DNA of 64,000 nucleotides from Candidatus Izemoplasmatales bacterium (GTDB lineage Bacteria; Bacillota_I; Bacilli_A; Izemoplasmatales; Hujiaoplasmataceae): NCBI GenBank assembly GCA_050949045.1, contig JBMNEZ010000001.1, positions 544,001 to 608,000 of the forward strand, read 5' to 3'. Shown piece by piece: positions 48,849 to 58,166 of this stretch (position 1 is its first letter; each line of letters starts with the position of its first letter). The notes under the pieces were generated by a model. It saw only the letters and a program-made list of their open reading frames with translations, ran no database searches and was not told where the DNA came from. The position numbers and the translations under genes were made by a program.

Positions 48849-49938
48849 AACCTTGGCTAGGACAATCATCAACTATTCAGTGAACATGCAAGAAAGTGAG
48901 ACTGTGTTGATCCAGAGTTCGATCAAGGCCAAACCGCTGATCCTCCAACTACTCAAGGAAATCCGCAAAGGCAAAGGCAATGCGGTTGTCGAGATTTATG
49001 ACGACGAGATCAACAGGGAGTTGCTGCTCTCGCTTACCGACAAGGATCTCGACCGCCGGTATAAATGGCTTGACCGCAATCTCGACGATATCGATTGCAT
49101 AATCCATATTCGAGCCCAAGAATCCGACTACACTACCCAAGACGTTCCGATAGAAACCAAAGTTACCCTTGCAAAAAAACTCAATCCGCTTTCCAAAAAA
49201 CGCCTTGCAAAGAAGTGGGTTTTGCTCAATTATCCCACCGAAGGAGCGGCCCACAAAGCAAAGATGAGCTTTGAGCGTTTCTTTGACTACTGCATCGATG
49301 TCTCAGCGGTAGATTACAAAAGAATGAACGATGCCTTTAAACCACTTAAAAAATTGATGGAACGGACCGATAAAGTCAGAATCGTCGGTCCAAAAACCGA
49401 TCTCTCGTTCTCAATCAAAAACATGACCGCCATTCCATGCGCTGGCAATTTCAACATTCCGGACGGCGAGATCTTCACCTCTCCCGTCAAGGATTCGGTC
49501 AATGGAATAATCACCTATAACACTCCCTCGCCTCAGCGTGGATGTGTCTTCACGAACGTCTCGCTTGAATTCAAGAACGGGCAAATCATCCGTTTCAGCG
49601 CCGACCAGGAGCCCGAGCTTCTTGCCTCAATCTTCAACACCGATGAAGGCGCCCGCTATATCGGTGAGTTTGCAATCGGGGTCAACCCCCTAATCAACAA
49701 ACCGATGGGGGACATTCTTTTCGACGAAAAGATCGCGGGTTCGATCCATTTCACCCCGGGGCGCTGCTATGAAGAGGCTCCAAACGGGAATGATTCCGCG
49801 ATCCATTGGGATTTGGTCCTGATTCAAACCGAGGCTTACGGCGGCGGAGAGATCTATTTCGACGATGTATTGATCCGTAAGGACGGTCGCTTTGTTATCC
49901 CTGAACTTGAGGGGCTCAACCCTGAGAATCTCGGATAA
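48826..49938 (+). CDS. M29 (AmpS/PepS-type) aminopeptidase
   Basis: NIPDGEIFT, GEFAIG.N, LFDEKIAGSIH, SAIHWD. Confidence 0.93.
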   Translation: MLKDPRIETLARTIINYSVNMQESETVLIQSSIKAKPLILQLLKEIRKGKGNAVVEIYDDEINRELLLSLTDKDLDRRYKWLDRNLDDIDCIIHIRAQESDYTTQDVPIETKVTLAKKLNPLSKKRLAKKWVLLNYPTEGAAHKAKMSFERFFDYCIDVSAVDYKRMNDAFKPLKKLMERTDKVRIVGPKTDLSFSIKNMTAIPCAGNFNIPDGEIFTSPVKDSVNGIITYNTPSPQRGCVFTNVSLEFKNGQIIRFSADQEPELLASIFNTDEGARYIGEFAIGVNPLINKPMGDILFDEKIAGSIHFTPGRCYEEAPNGNDSAIHWDLVLIQTEAYGGGEIYFDDVLIRKDGRFVIPELEGLNPENLG

Positions 49939-50001
49939 TGACGTTTAGGACGGATTGCCTTTGCGATCTGTCTTTGTTTATGCTATACTTAACTAGAGGA
50001 T

Positions 50002-50886
50002 GTGATGAAGATGGAACTGCTCTACCGTCCCAAAAAACCCGATACAATCAAGCGTTTCATGCTTGAGAACAATATCCCAGTGAAACTCGTTGTCGAACAG
50101 AGAGGCAAACAGTTGATCTATGTTAACAACGAACAGAAAACAAGGGAAGACACTGTTAGAAAGGGCGATTCACTCCGAATCATCATCCAGGATGAGAAAT
50201 ACGACCAGCAGATCAAACCTGAACCCATCCCGCTTGACATCAGATACGAGGACGAGTATTTCCTGATTGTGAACAAGCCGAACGGCATGCAGGTAATGGT
50301 CTCCAAAGCACGCCCGACGGGCACGCTTGCCAATGCCCTCAACCACTACTTTCAAGAACGGCAAATCCATACTCAGATCCATTACATCAATCGGCTCGAC
50401 AAGGAAACATCCGGGCTGATGCTCGTTGCAAAAAACCGGTTTCTAAAATTCTTGTTCAGCAGTAAAACCGACAACGCGGTCGAGCGTGAGTACTATGCCA
50501 TCCTCGATGGCATTCTCGAAAACAAGCGTCTCTGTATCGAACTTCCAATCTCGCGCACCGAAGGCACGATCTTGCGCGAAGTATCGCTTCAAGGCGAGGA
50601 ATGCCAGACGACCTACCAAGTCGAACGTGAATTCGGTAAATACTCGCTCGTCAGAATCACATCCGAATCTGGAAAAACCCACCAGATCCGTGTTCATTTC
50701 GCTTATTTCAATTTTCCGATCGTCGGGGACGATCTCTACAATGATAACCGCTATCCCAAAGTCGATAGGATGCTTCTGATGAGCCACCGTATCTGTTTCC
50801 AGCATCCGATCAAGGATCAGAAGGTGGAAGCAATCTTGCCGCTAGAGGAAGCATTCGCTAGCTTTATCAAGAGAAATGGTGGATGA
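50002..50886 (+). CDS. RluA-family pseudouridine synthase
   Basis: VNKP.G, NRLDKETSGL, GKTHQIRVH, PIVGDDLY. Confidence 0.92.
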   Translation: MMKMELLYRPKKPDTIKRFMLENNIPVKLVVEQRGKQLIYVNNEQKTREDTVRKGDSLRIIIQDEKYDQQIKPEPIPLDIRYEDEYFLIVNKPNGMQVMVSKARPTGTLANALNHYFQERQIHTQIHYINRLDKETSGLMLVAKNRFLKFLFSSKTDNAVEREYYAILDGILENKRLCIELPISRTEGTILREVSLQGEECQTTYQVEREFGKYSLVRITSESGKTHQIRVHFAYFNFPIVGDDLYNDNRYPKVDRMLLMSHRICFQHPIKDQKVEAILPLEEAFASFIKRNGG

Positions 50887-50887
50887 T

Positions 50888-50917
50888 AAAAAAAGATGCC
50901 GGCCGCATCTTTTTTTT
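50888..50917. terminator. Bidirectional intrinsic terminator
   Basis: A7-GATGC-cggcc-GCATC-T8. Confidence 0.8.
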
Positions 50918-50922
50918 AAAAT

Positions 50923-51219
50923 CTAAGTCGTGACGACGATGTTGACGATCTGGTCGCGGATATCCGGAAAGAAACTGAAGACGACGACAAAAGCGAGAAG
51001 CAAGAAATAGATGAGCGCCAAAATCTTCTTCCCGGCAGTAAACTCAAGTCCTGCCAAGCCGCACACTGCAAAAATTGCATAGGTTTTGACAAGTTCAAGG
51101 ATTCCGATGATCTGTGCGTCGATGCCAAAATCGAACATCGTATTGGCAAAAAGAAAAGCAAACAAGACAATCGTGAGAAATCCGAACACCTGACCAAGCA
51201 CATCGTAAAGTTTTTTCAT
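50923..51219 (-). CDS. Small hypothetical membrane protein (about 3 TM helices)
   Basis: AGGAGG RBS; 98 aa, strongly hydrophobic; minus-strand TTGAAA-17-TATAAT at 51286-51258. Confidence 0.8.
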   Translation of the reverse strand: MKKLYDVLGQVFGFLTIVLFAFLFANTMFDFGIDAQIIGILELVKTYAIFAVCGLAGLEFTAGKKILALIYFLLLAFVVVFSFFPDIRDQIVNIVVTT

Positions 51220-51324
51220 TTTTTCCTCCTAAAATTTATATTCTTCTCTATTTAATGATTATAAATAATTTGTGTTTGTATTTCAATACAACATTCTTTT
51301 TTTATGAGGTTATAATAATATTCG

Positions 51325-51515
51325 AAAGTCTCGTTGATTGCGTTATCCTTGATATCGGTGTCATGGCACTTAACATTGCGTTCAAAAATTTTTGGTCTCA
51401 CGACAGTGTAACCATTTAAGAAAGCATCTCAAGCAATTTAATAGCAAAAGTCAGCTTATGATCGTTGGTGTTATGTATCTATGACCGCTTGGTGTAACAA
51501 TACCGCAGTCAAACC
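51325..51515 (+). ncRNA. Candidate rod-shaped ncRNA, 6S RNA-like
   Basis: TATAAT at 51311; nested helices 51334-42/51504-12, 51353-58/51489-94, 51360-66/51479-85, 51371-78/51466-73; about 180 nt; no ORF. Confidence 0.45.
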
Positions 51516-51598
51516 CGCTGAATTACGTTATTTACTTTTATTTACCCGGTATCTGTGCTAAAATAAAAATTGACAACTTGTGAAAGGAGGCCTGGCTT

Positions 51599-52174
51599 TT
51601 GATCGTAGTCTTTGGTGGCGCTTTCAATCCACCGACTCTTGCCCATCAGGCAATCTATCATCACGTTAAAAAACATGTCGACTGCGACAAATTCATCTAT
51701 CTTCCAGTCAGTTCTCTATACGCAAAGCAATCCCTTGCGAGCAATCATCACCGTTATCAGATGTTGAAGCTGATGACCGAGGATTTCCCTGAGATCGAAG
51801 TGTCAAGCATGGAATTTGACGATCCTGTCTACTTGGGGACATATAAAAGCCTGCTAAGATTTAAAGAATGTTATCCGGAAAACGAAATTGTCTTCTTGAT
51901 CGGTGTTGACAATCTGCCGGAACTCCAAAAATGGATCAATGCCGATAGCTTGCTCAAAGATTTTCGCTTCATCGTCGTCAACCGCAGTCAGCGTGAGTTG
52001 GAAAAAGAGATTGCGGCCGATCCTTTCTTGTCGCGTCATAAAGACAGTTTTATCGTCTTACCGGAATTCAACGCCGATATCTCCTCGACCAAGTTTCGTG
52101 AAACCTTGAATCTTGATTTAGTCGCCAAAGATGTCGGTGAATACATCACCATCCATCAACTATACCGGGGGTAA
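51599..52174 (+). CDS. nadD: Nicotinate-nucleotide adenylyltransferase
   Basis: FGGAFNPPTLAH, LIGVDN, ISST; directly upstream of nadE. Confidence 0.9.
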   Translation: MIVVFGGAFNPPTLAHQAIYHHVKKHVDCDKFIYLPVSSLYAKQSLASNHHRYQMLKLMTEDFPEIEVSSMEFDDPVYLGTYKSLLRFKECYPENEIVFLIGVDNLPELQKWINADSLLKDFRFIVVNRSQRELEKEIAADPFLSRHKDSFIVLPEFNADISSTKFRETLNLDLVAKDVGEYITIHQLYRG

Positions 52175-52177
52175 GCA

Positions 52178-54034
52178 ATGTATAACAACGGTTTTATGAA
52201 AGTGAGTTTGATTTCCCCCACCCTGGAAATCGGGAATCCAAAGTTCAATGTCGAAGAGATGCTTAGAACTTTGAAGGACAACCCCAGTGCAATTGCGGTT
52301 TTTCCTGAGCTTGGCATCACGGGTTATTCTTGCAACGACTTGTTCTTCATGAGAACGCTTTTTGACGATGTCGAAGAAGCGGTTAAACACCTTCTCAAGT
52401 ACAATTCCTTTCCTGGCATCATTGTCTGCGGACTGCCTTTGATTGTCGAGGAAATGACGCTCAACGTCGCCATGGTCATTCAGAAAGACAAGATTCTTGG
52501 CGTCGTGCCCAAAACCTATCTGCCGAGTACGAGGGAATACTATGAGAAGCGCTGGTTCAAGAGCGGTCTTGAACTGATTGATAAAATCAGCACCATCCAC
52601 GCTTTTGACCAGGAGATTCCTTTCGGCAATCTAATTTTCTCGGCTGGCGATGTCAAATTCGGCATCGAGATCTGCGAAGATATGTGGGCAACTATCACCC
52701 CCGGCAACCTTCTCAGCATCAACGGTGCGATTATCATTGTCAATATCAGCGCCTCGAACGAGACCCTCGGAAAAGAAGAAATCAGAAGAAATGCTGTCTG
52801 TGAGCATTCGCGGAAAAATTCGGGGATCTACCTGTATTGCTCTGCCGGAGCTTCGGAATCCTCGAGCGATACCGTTTTCTCGGGCCATAATATCGTCGCC
52901 CAGAACGGGACAATTATTTGTGAAGCCAAAAGTTTCTCGCTTGAAACCCGGATTCTTTACGCCGATATCGATATTCCAAGAGCCCAGCACGAGCGGCGAA
53001 CCAAATCCTCATTTCTAGATTCGATTCTGAAGTACCGTTTCAGTTGCAAAGATGTCAAGTTCGACTTAGCGAAAACGGACACGTACGTCTTCGCCGATCC
53101 GCTTGATCAAACTCCTTTCATTCCCAAAACAGATATGAATCTCAAGTTTCATAAGATCATGCAGATTCAAATTTATGGTTTGGCGAAACGGATGAAACAC
53201 CTAGGATATAAAAAATTATTGATCGGCGTTTCCGGAGGTTTGGATTCTGCACTGGCACTTTTGGTTGCCTGCAATGCTTTCGATACTTTGAAAATCGATC
53301 GGAAAGGCATAATTGCGGTGACGATGCCCGGTTTGGCAACCAGTTCCAAAACCCAAAGCAATGCCAATGCCTTGATTGACGCTCTCGGGGTGACCAAGAT
53401 GTCGATCGATCTCAAGGATCATGTCCTTGACCACTTGTCATTGATCGGTCACGATGCCGATACCGAGGACACGACCTACGAGAACGCGCAAGCTCGAGCG
53501 AGGACAATGGCGCTCATGAACCTTGCGAATCAACTCGAAGGTATCGTTCTCGGAACCGGTGATCTTTCGGAGATCGCCCTAGGCTGGTCAACTTACAACG
53601 GCGACCAGATGAGTATGTACAATGTCAATGCCGGCATCCCCAAAACATTGGTTCGTGCTATGATCGAGCACATTCCCTCCAAAATGTTCTCTAAAAATGT
53701 CAAAACCGCTCTGGATGACATTGTAAAAACACCGATATCGCCTGAACTTAAAAAAGGACAAGAAACCGAATCGGTGCTGGGAAAATATGAGATCAACGAT
53801 TTTATCCTTTACCGCTTCCTCGTCTGCGGCGATTCAGAGAAGCGGATCGCGTCTTTGGTTGCCGTTGCCTTTATGATCGACAGCGAAGATGCCAAAAAAC
53901 AGACGATGAACTTTTTCAAGCGGTTTTATTCTCAACAATTCAAACGCCAGGCAAATCCGGACGCTCCCAAGATTTTGGAAGTCGCGCTCTCTTCGAGAAG
54001 CGATTTCCGCATGCCTTCGGATGTCAAACGCTAG
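52178..54034 (+). CDS. nadE: Glutamine-dependent NAD+ synthetase
   Basis: Nitrilase domain (FPEL, PKTYLP, EICEDMW) plus SGGLDS, ENAQARART, GTGDLSE. Confidence 0.96.
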   Translation: MYNNGFMKVSLISPTLEIGNPKFNVEEMLRTLKDNPSAIAVFPELGITGYSCNDLFFMRTLFDDVEEAVKHLLKYNSFPGIIVCGLPLIVEEMTLNVAMVIQKDKILGVVPKTYLPSTREYYEKRWFKSGLELIDKISTIHAFDQEIPFGNLIFSAGDVKFGIEICEDMWATITPGNLLSINGAIIIVNISASNETLGKEEIRRNAVCEHSRKNSGIYLYCSAGASESSSDTVFSGHNIVAQNGTIICEAKSFSLETRILYADIDIPRAQHERRTKSSFLDSILKYRFSCKDVKFDLAKTDTYVFADPLDQTPFIPKTDMNLKFHKIMQIQIYGLAKRMKHLGYKKLLIGVSGGLDSALALLVACNAFDTLKIDRKGIIAVTMPGLATSSKTQSNANALIDALGVTKMSIDLKDHVLDHLSLIGHDADTEDTTYENAQARARTMALMNLANQLEGIVLGTGDLSEIALGWSTYNGDQMSMYNVNAGIPKTLVRAMIEHIPSKMFSKNVKTALDDIVKTPISPELKKGQETESVLGKYEINDFILYRFLVCGDSEKRIASLVAVAFMIDSEDAKKQTMNFFKRFYSQQFKRQANPDAPKILEVALSSRSDFRMPSDVKR

Positions 54035-54041
54035 AGTTCAT

Positions 54042-55175
54042 ATGAAAGTCATCGTCGGGCTCAGCGGTGGCGTCGATTCCAGTGTTGCCGCTTTGAAACT
54101 GCTTGAGCAGGGCTACGATGTCGAAGCGTTCTTTATGCGCAACTGGGATGCGGCCATCAATAACGATCTGATCGGCAATCCGGATCTTGACAAAGATATC
54201 TGCCCTCAGGAACAAGATTATCTGGATGCCGTGAATGTTTCCGAAAAACTGGGGATCAAATTGCATCGTCATGATTTTGTGGAGGAATACTGGCGCGACG
54301 TCTTTTCCTTTTTTCTTAAGGAGCTGGCGAAGGGAAGAACCCCCAACCCCGATATTTTATGTAACAAGCATATCAAGTTCGATGCCTTTGTTAAAGTCGC
54401 GAAAGCCATCGGCGCCAAGCGGATCGCCACCGGCCATTTTGTTCGAACAAAGAGTATCGCAGGCGAGTTGAGGTTGCTCAGAGGTTGTGACAAAGAAAAG
54501 GATCAAAGCTATTTTTTGTCGCAAGTCACTCAAAGCCAACTTGTCGAATGTTTGTTTCCGGTCGGAGATATGACAAAAGCCGATGTCAGGAAAATTGCAA
54601 GAGAAGCAGGGCTAGAGACGGCGACGAAGAAGGATTCGACCGGAATCTGCTTTATCGGTGAACGCCGTTTTCAAAAATTTCTTTCCAATTATTTGCCTGT
54701 AAAACCGGGTGCGATCGTCACCGATAAAGGTGATACGATCGGCAGCCACACCGGCTTGGCGAACTATACGATCGGTCAAAGAAAAGGGCTTGCGATCGGC
54801 GGTAGCCGGAAATACGGGAATGAACCGTGGTTCGTCTATGGCAAAAACCTTGTTTCGAACGAACTATACGTCTGCCAGGGTTTCCATAATCAGAAACTTA
54901 TGTCAAACCATTGTTTGGTGTCTGATTTGAACTGGATTGGCCCAAAACCGGCGGCGGGGGCGTTGCTCGGAGCCAAGTTTCGCTACCGGCAAAAAGACGT
55001 TCCTGTCATGCTTTCAATGAATGCGGAGGGTACAGTAATGGTTGAGTATCCAAAGATGGCAAGGGCCGTCACACCGGGACAGGCATGTGTGTTTTACGAC
55101 GGTGATATCTGCCTTGGCGGGGGGACCATCATTCAAGCCTATCTTGACGGAATCGCCGCCCACGAGGAAGTGTAG
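54042..55175 (+). CDS. mnmA: tRNA 2-thiouridylase MnmA
   Basis: SGGVDS, TPNPDILCN, KDQSYFL, DSTGICF, TIGQRKG, TPGQ. Confidence 0.98.
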   Translation: MKVIVGLSGGVDSSVAALKLLEQGYDVEAFFMRNWDAAINNDLIGNPDLDKDICPQEQDYLDAVNVSEKLGIKLHRHDFVEEYWRDVFSFFLKELAKGRTPNPDILCNKHIKFDAFVKVAKAIGAKRIATGHFVRTKSIAGELRLLRGCDKEKDQSYFLSQVTQSQLVECLFPVGDMTKADVRKIAREAGLETATKKDSTGICFIGERRFQKFLSNYLPVKPGAIVTDKGDTIGSHTGLANYTIGQRKGLAIGGSRKYGNEPWFVYGKNLVSNELYVCQGFHNQKLMSNHCLVSDLNWIGPKPAAGALLGAKFRYRQKDVPVMLSMNAEGTVMVEYPKMARAVTPGQACVFYDGDICLGGGTIIQAYLDGIAAHEEV

Positions 55176-55176
55176 G

Positions 55177-55989
55177 ATGAACAAACTCGGTTTATGCCTA
55201 TCCGGGGGCGGTGCCCGGGGCGCCTTCCAGGTCGGCGCCTGCAAGGCGCTCGAAGATCTTGGCATTCTTAAAAAGGTTAACGCTTATGCCGGCACATCCA
55301 TTGGATCGGTCAACGCCTCACTGATTTCCACCAAATCGGTCGATGAAGTCTTTCGCATTTGGCTGAGCGTTGAACCTGACGTTTTGAAAAACTCCGAGAG
55401 TCTTTTCAAACGCATCATCAGGGAAAGGACGCATTTCGTTGATAACGGCGTCTTCAAAATCGATGAACTAGAAGTTCGGATCGACGCCGCTATTGATTAT
55501 AACCACCTCCGCCAGCAGGAACTCTATATCACCATCTCTCAGGCGGGAAACATTAATGACGGAATCTTTGGTCTGTTTAAGGCCGGTTACCAACATTATA
55601 TTAAAAAAGACTCTCAGGTGCTCTATGTGCCTGTTTCCGACCAAAGTGACGAACAGATTAAAAAACTGATTCTTGCATCTTGTTCAATCCCGATCGTTTT
55701 TCCGGCTGTCAGGCTAGACGAACGTGAGTATTTTGATGGCGCCGTCTTCGACAACGTTCCGGTCAAACCATTGATCGACAGCGGCTGTGATACAGTGATC
55801 ATCGTTCATCTGCATCGGCTCAATCTCTTTCAAAAAAGCAATTTCCCCGGAATCAGATTCTACGAAATCAAGCATCATCGATCGCTCGGAGGATTACTCA
55901 ATTTTGATCGTGACCGATCCCGAAAATTGTTCGACCTTGGCTATCATAATGCATTCGAAACTCTCAAGGACTCAGATCTTGTTGGTTAG
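55177..55989 (+). CDS. Patatin-like phospholipase
   Basis: SGGGARG, GTSIG, ASCSIP, DGA motif. Confidence 0.93.
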   Translation: MNKLGLCLSGGGARGAFQVGACKALEDLGILKKVNAYAGTSIGSVNASLISTKSVDEVFRIWLSVEPDVLKNSESLFKRIIRERTHFVDNGVFKIDELEVRIDAAIDYNHLRQQELYITISQAGNINDGIFGLFKAGYQHYIKKDSQVLYVPVSDQSDEQIKKLILASCSIPIVFPAVRLDEREYFDGAVFDNVPVKPLIDSGCDTVIIVHLHRLNLFQKSNFPGIRFYEIKHHRSLGGLLNFDRDRSRKLFDLGYHNAFETLKDSDLVG

Positions 55990-56008
55990 ATTACAGAATA
56001 TATAAAGA

Positions 56009-56054
56009 AAAAGCCTTCCCTTGACGTAATATCTTGTCAAAGGGAGGTTTTTTT
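56009..56054 (+). promoter_or_regulatory. Terminator-like hairpin that sequesters the RBS of the next gene
   Basis: AAAAGCCTTCCCTTGAC-10 nt-GTCAAAGGGAGGTTTTT: 16 of 17 positions pair (G-U allowed); T7 runs straight into ATG 56055. Confidence 0.7.
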
Positions 56055-56684
56055 ATGAAGAAAGCAGTATTGTTATTGATCATGGCGTTGTCACTGATTC
56101 CCTTATTTTTATTGGTGAACGCCGAAGAATATACGAATTACCAAGAAATCGTCTTTGATAACGATGACGCCGTGCTATTGAAAGATTATACAAGCAAATT
56201 GTATGAAGATAACTATGAGAAACTAACGAAAGCGAAATTCATTGGTTGGAAGCACTTTCACTTCACTAAAAACGAACCTGTTGAGTTTGTTTCAGAGACA
56301 AAACTAAGGATCTACAACAACGGTTTCAGCACGATCAAACACGAGATCGAACTCACGACCAAAGAGGAGTCGAAGTTTCAAATCAGCGCATCAGGATCTG
56401 TCGGCTGCAAGGTCAAGGGCGGAAAGAAGAAGTTCGACGGCGCCCTCGACGCCGATATCAAAGCCAGTGTAAACTATTCGACAACCCTCAGCAGTTCCGA
56501 AACCTATGAGTTCGTCATCATCGTCGACCCGAAGACCTATGTGACAATCGTCACAAGGGGAAAGGGCGAGGTCAACAATGGAGTAGCTAAACACTACCTG
56601 TTTTGGATTGAGACAAAGAGGGGCGGTTGGGAAACCTTCACCGTCAATACCGAGTACTATGAAATAATCAAGGAGCGGATTTGA
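56055..56684 (+). CDS. Secreted protein with an aerolysin/ETX-MTX2-like beta-pore-forming signature
   Basis: Signal peptide MKKAVLLL..VNA; alternating hairpin FQISASGSVGCKV-KGGKKK-FDGALDADIKASVNY flanked by Ser/Thr-rich strands and followed by IVDPKT. Confidence 0.55.
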   Translation: MKKAVLLLIMALSLIPLFLLVNAEEYTNYQEIVFDNDDAVLLKDYTSKLYEDNYEKLTKAKFIGWKHFHFTKNEPVEFVSETKLRIYNNGFSTIKHEIELTTKEESKFQISASGSVGCKVKGGKKKFDGALDADIKASVNYSTTLSSSETYEFVIIVDPKTYVTIVTRGKGEVNNGVAKHYLFWIETKRGGWETFTVNTEYYEIIKERI

Positions 56685-57568
56685 TGCACAAACTGGTATT
56701 CACAGCCATCGGCCTCTTTATAATCGCTAGCCTTGTTTTAGTTCTCACTGAGAAGGACAAACCGCAAACGATTGAGATCCTCGCGCTCAAGGAAAACCGC
56801 TCCCTGTTGATCAGCGACAATGATGAGAATGTAATCATCACGCTTTTTCTAAGCCAAAAAGACTCTTTTTTTACTGCAATTGATTATATTCAGTCTTGTA
56901 GGATAGAAGATGATGAGGAAGAAATCGAACTGGAGGTTATAGACATCATCGCCGGCAACGAAGTCCTCTACAAGGGAAATACTTACTGGCAATATCAATT
57001 TGTGCTCGGATTCCACGAAGTTTTCGTGCGTGATTCCATTCTCGAATTTGCGGATGCAAGGTGTGTTGTCGAGTATGAAAATGATGTCGAACTAGCAATC
57101 GCGATCGGGGGGATCACTTTATGTCTGATAGATATTTGCCAGACCGTGCACCTTGACTTTTTGAGGTTGTTTGGAAATACCGAGATACTTAGTGAGGGTG
57201 AACGGCTCGCTTCGATCACAATCGAGCTTGAAAATCGCGGTTTCGACACGGTCATGATCAAGGGGATCGAAACCTATGTTACCGGAATGGACATTTCGCT
57301 AGATAACGGATCTATTATAATTGACGGGGAGAGCGAGCCTATAACCATCGAATCATTCAGATTACCGCCTGGGGATGGCGTGCTTTGCAATTTCAAGGTC
57401 AACTTTGTAAATGATAGTCTCCCCGTGTACCGATTCCCGCTTTTCATCACTTACGAATACCTCGGTATTGAATACAAATTGATCATCGATGATTTCCCGT
57501 ATTTTCGAAAGGCCCCTTTTTATGAGGTGGATGATGCAATCGTCGCAACTTATCTCTATCACTATTAG
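56684..57568 (+). CDS. Hypothetical membrane-anchored, acidic, beta-rich protein
   Basis: N-terminal hydrophobic anchor; TGATG coupling to the upstream gene. Confidence 0.8.
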   Translation: MHKLVFTAIGLFIIASLVLVLTEKDKPQTIEILALKENRSLLISDNDENVIITLFLSQKDSFFTAIDYIQSCRIEDDEEEIELEVIDIIAGNEVLYKGNTYWQYQFVLGFHEVFVRDSILEFADARCVVEYENDVELAIAIGGITLCLIDICQTVHLDFLRLFGNTEILSEGERLASITIELENRGFDTVMIKGIETYVTGMDISLDNGSIIIDGESEPITIESFRLPPGDGVLCNFKVNFVNDSLPVYRFPLFITYEYLGIEYKLIIDDFPYFRKAPFYEVDDAIVATYLYHY

Positions 57569-58166
57569 CAATGTGACTAAGAAGTACGGGAAATGCTATG
57601 CTCTCAGATCACTTTCTGCGAATTTCGTCCCGGGAAGGCTGAACCTGCTCATCGGTGAGAACGGTTCAGGAAAAACCACCTTGCTTAAATGCATCATGGG
57701 CTTGGTTCGCTATGAAGGCAGCATCTCGGTGATGGCGGGAAAGATCGGCTACGCTCCCGAACAATATGTGATGCCTTCGTTCATGCGCGTAATCGACTTT
57801 CTCCGTTCGCTTGGCAGGGTTAGAGAAAAAGATCATCAAAAAATCGACGAGAGGATTCCGGAACTGCTTTCAATCTTTGATTTTAAGTCGCTGAGCAAAC
57901 GCATGATTGGCGGTCTTTCTAATGGTATGAAACAAAAAGTCAATCTCTTGCAAGCCTTGGTTCATGATCCGGAAATCTTGATTCTCGATGAGCCGCTTCA
58001 TGGTTTAGACCTAGATTCGCAACGCCAATTTGTCGAGCTCTTAAAGAAACTTGCAAAGCAGAAGCTCATCATTGTTTCAACTCACTATCCGGAGCGTTTC
58101 CGCAGCAAAACCCTGAAGACGTATCTGCTCATAAACGGCGAGATCGAGCCATTTGCCAATGCTTAG
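57531..58166 (+). CDS. ABC transporter ATP-binding protein (exporter type)
   Basis: GENGSGKTT, LSNGMKQK, ILDEP, STH; GAGGTGG RBS inside the upstream gene. Confidence 0.93.
   Translation: MMQSSQLISITISNVTKKYGKCYALRSLSANFVPGRLNLLIGENGSGKTTLLKCIMGLVRYEGSISVMAGKIGYAPEQYVMPSFMRVIDFLRSLGRVREKDHQKIDERIPELLSIFDFKSLSKRMIGGLSNGMKQKVNLLQALVHDPEILILDEPLHGLDLDSQRQFVELLKKLAKQKLIIVSTHYPERFRSKTLKTYLLINGEIEPFANA

Noticed and set aside
51324..51333. GAAAGTC as an RNase P RNA signature
   Set aside because: Lacks GAGGAAAGTCC and the 3' conserved region; the space is too short
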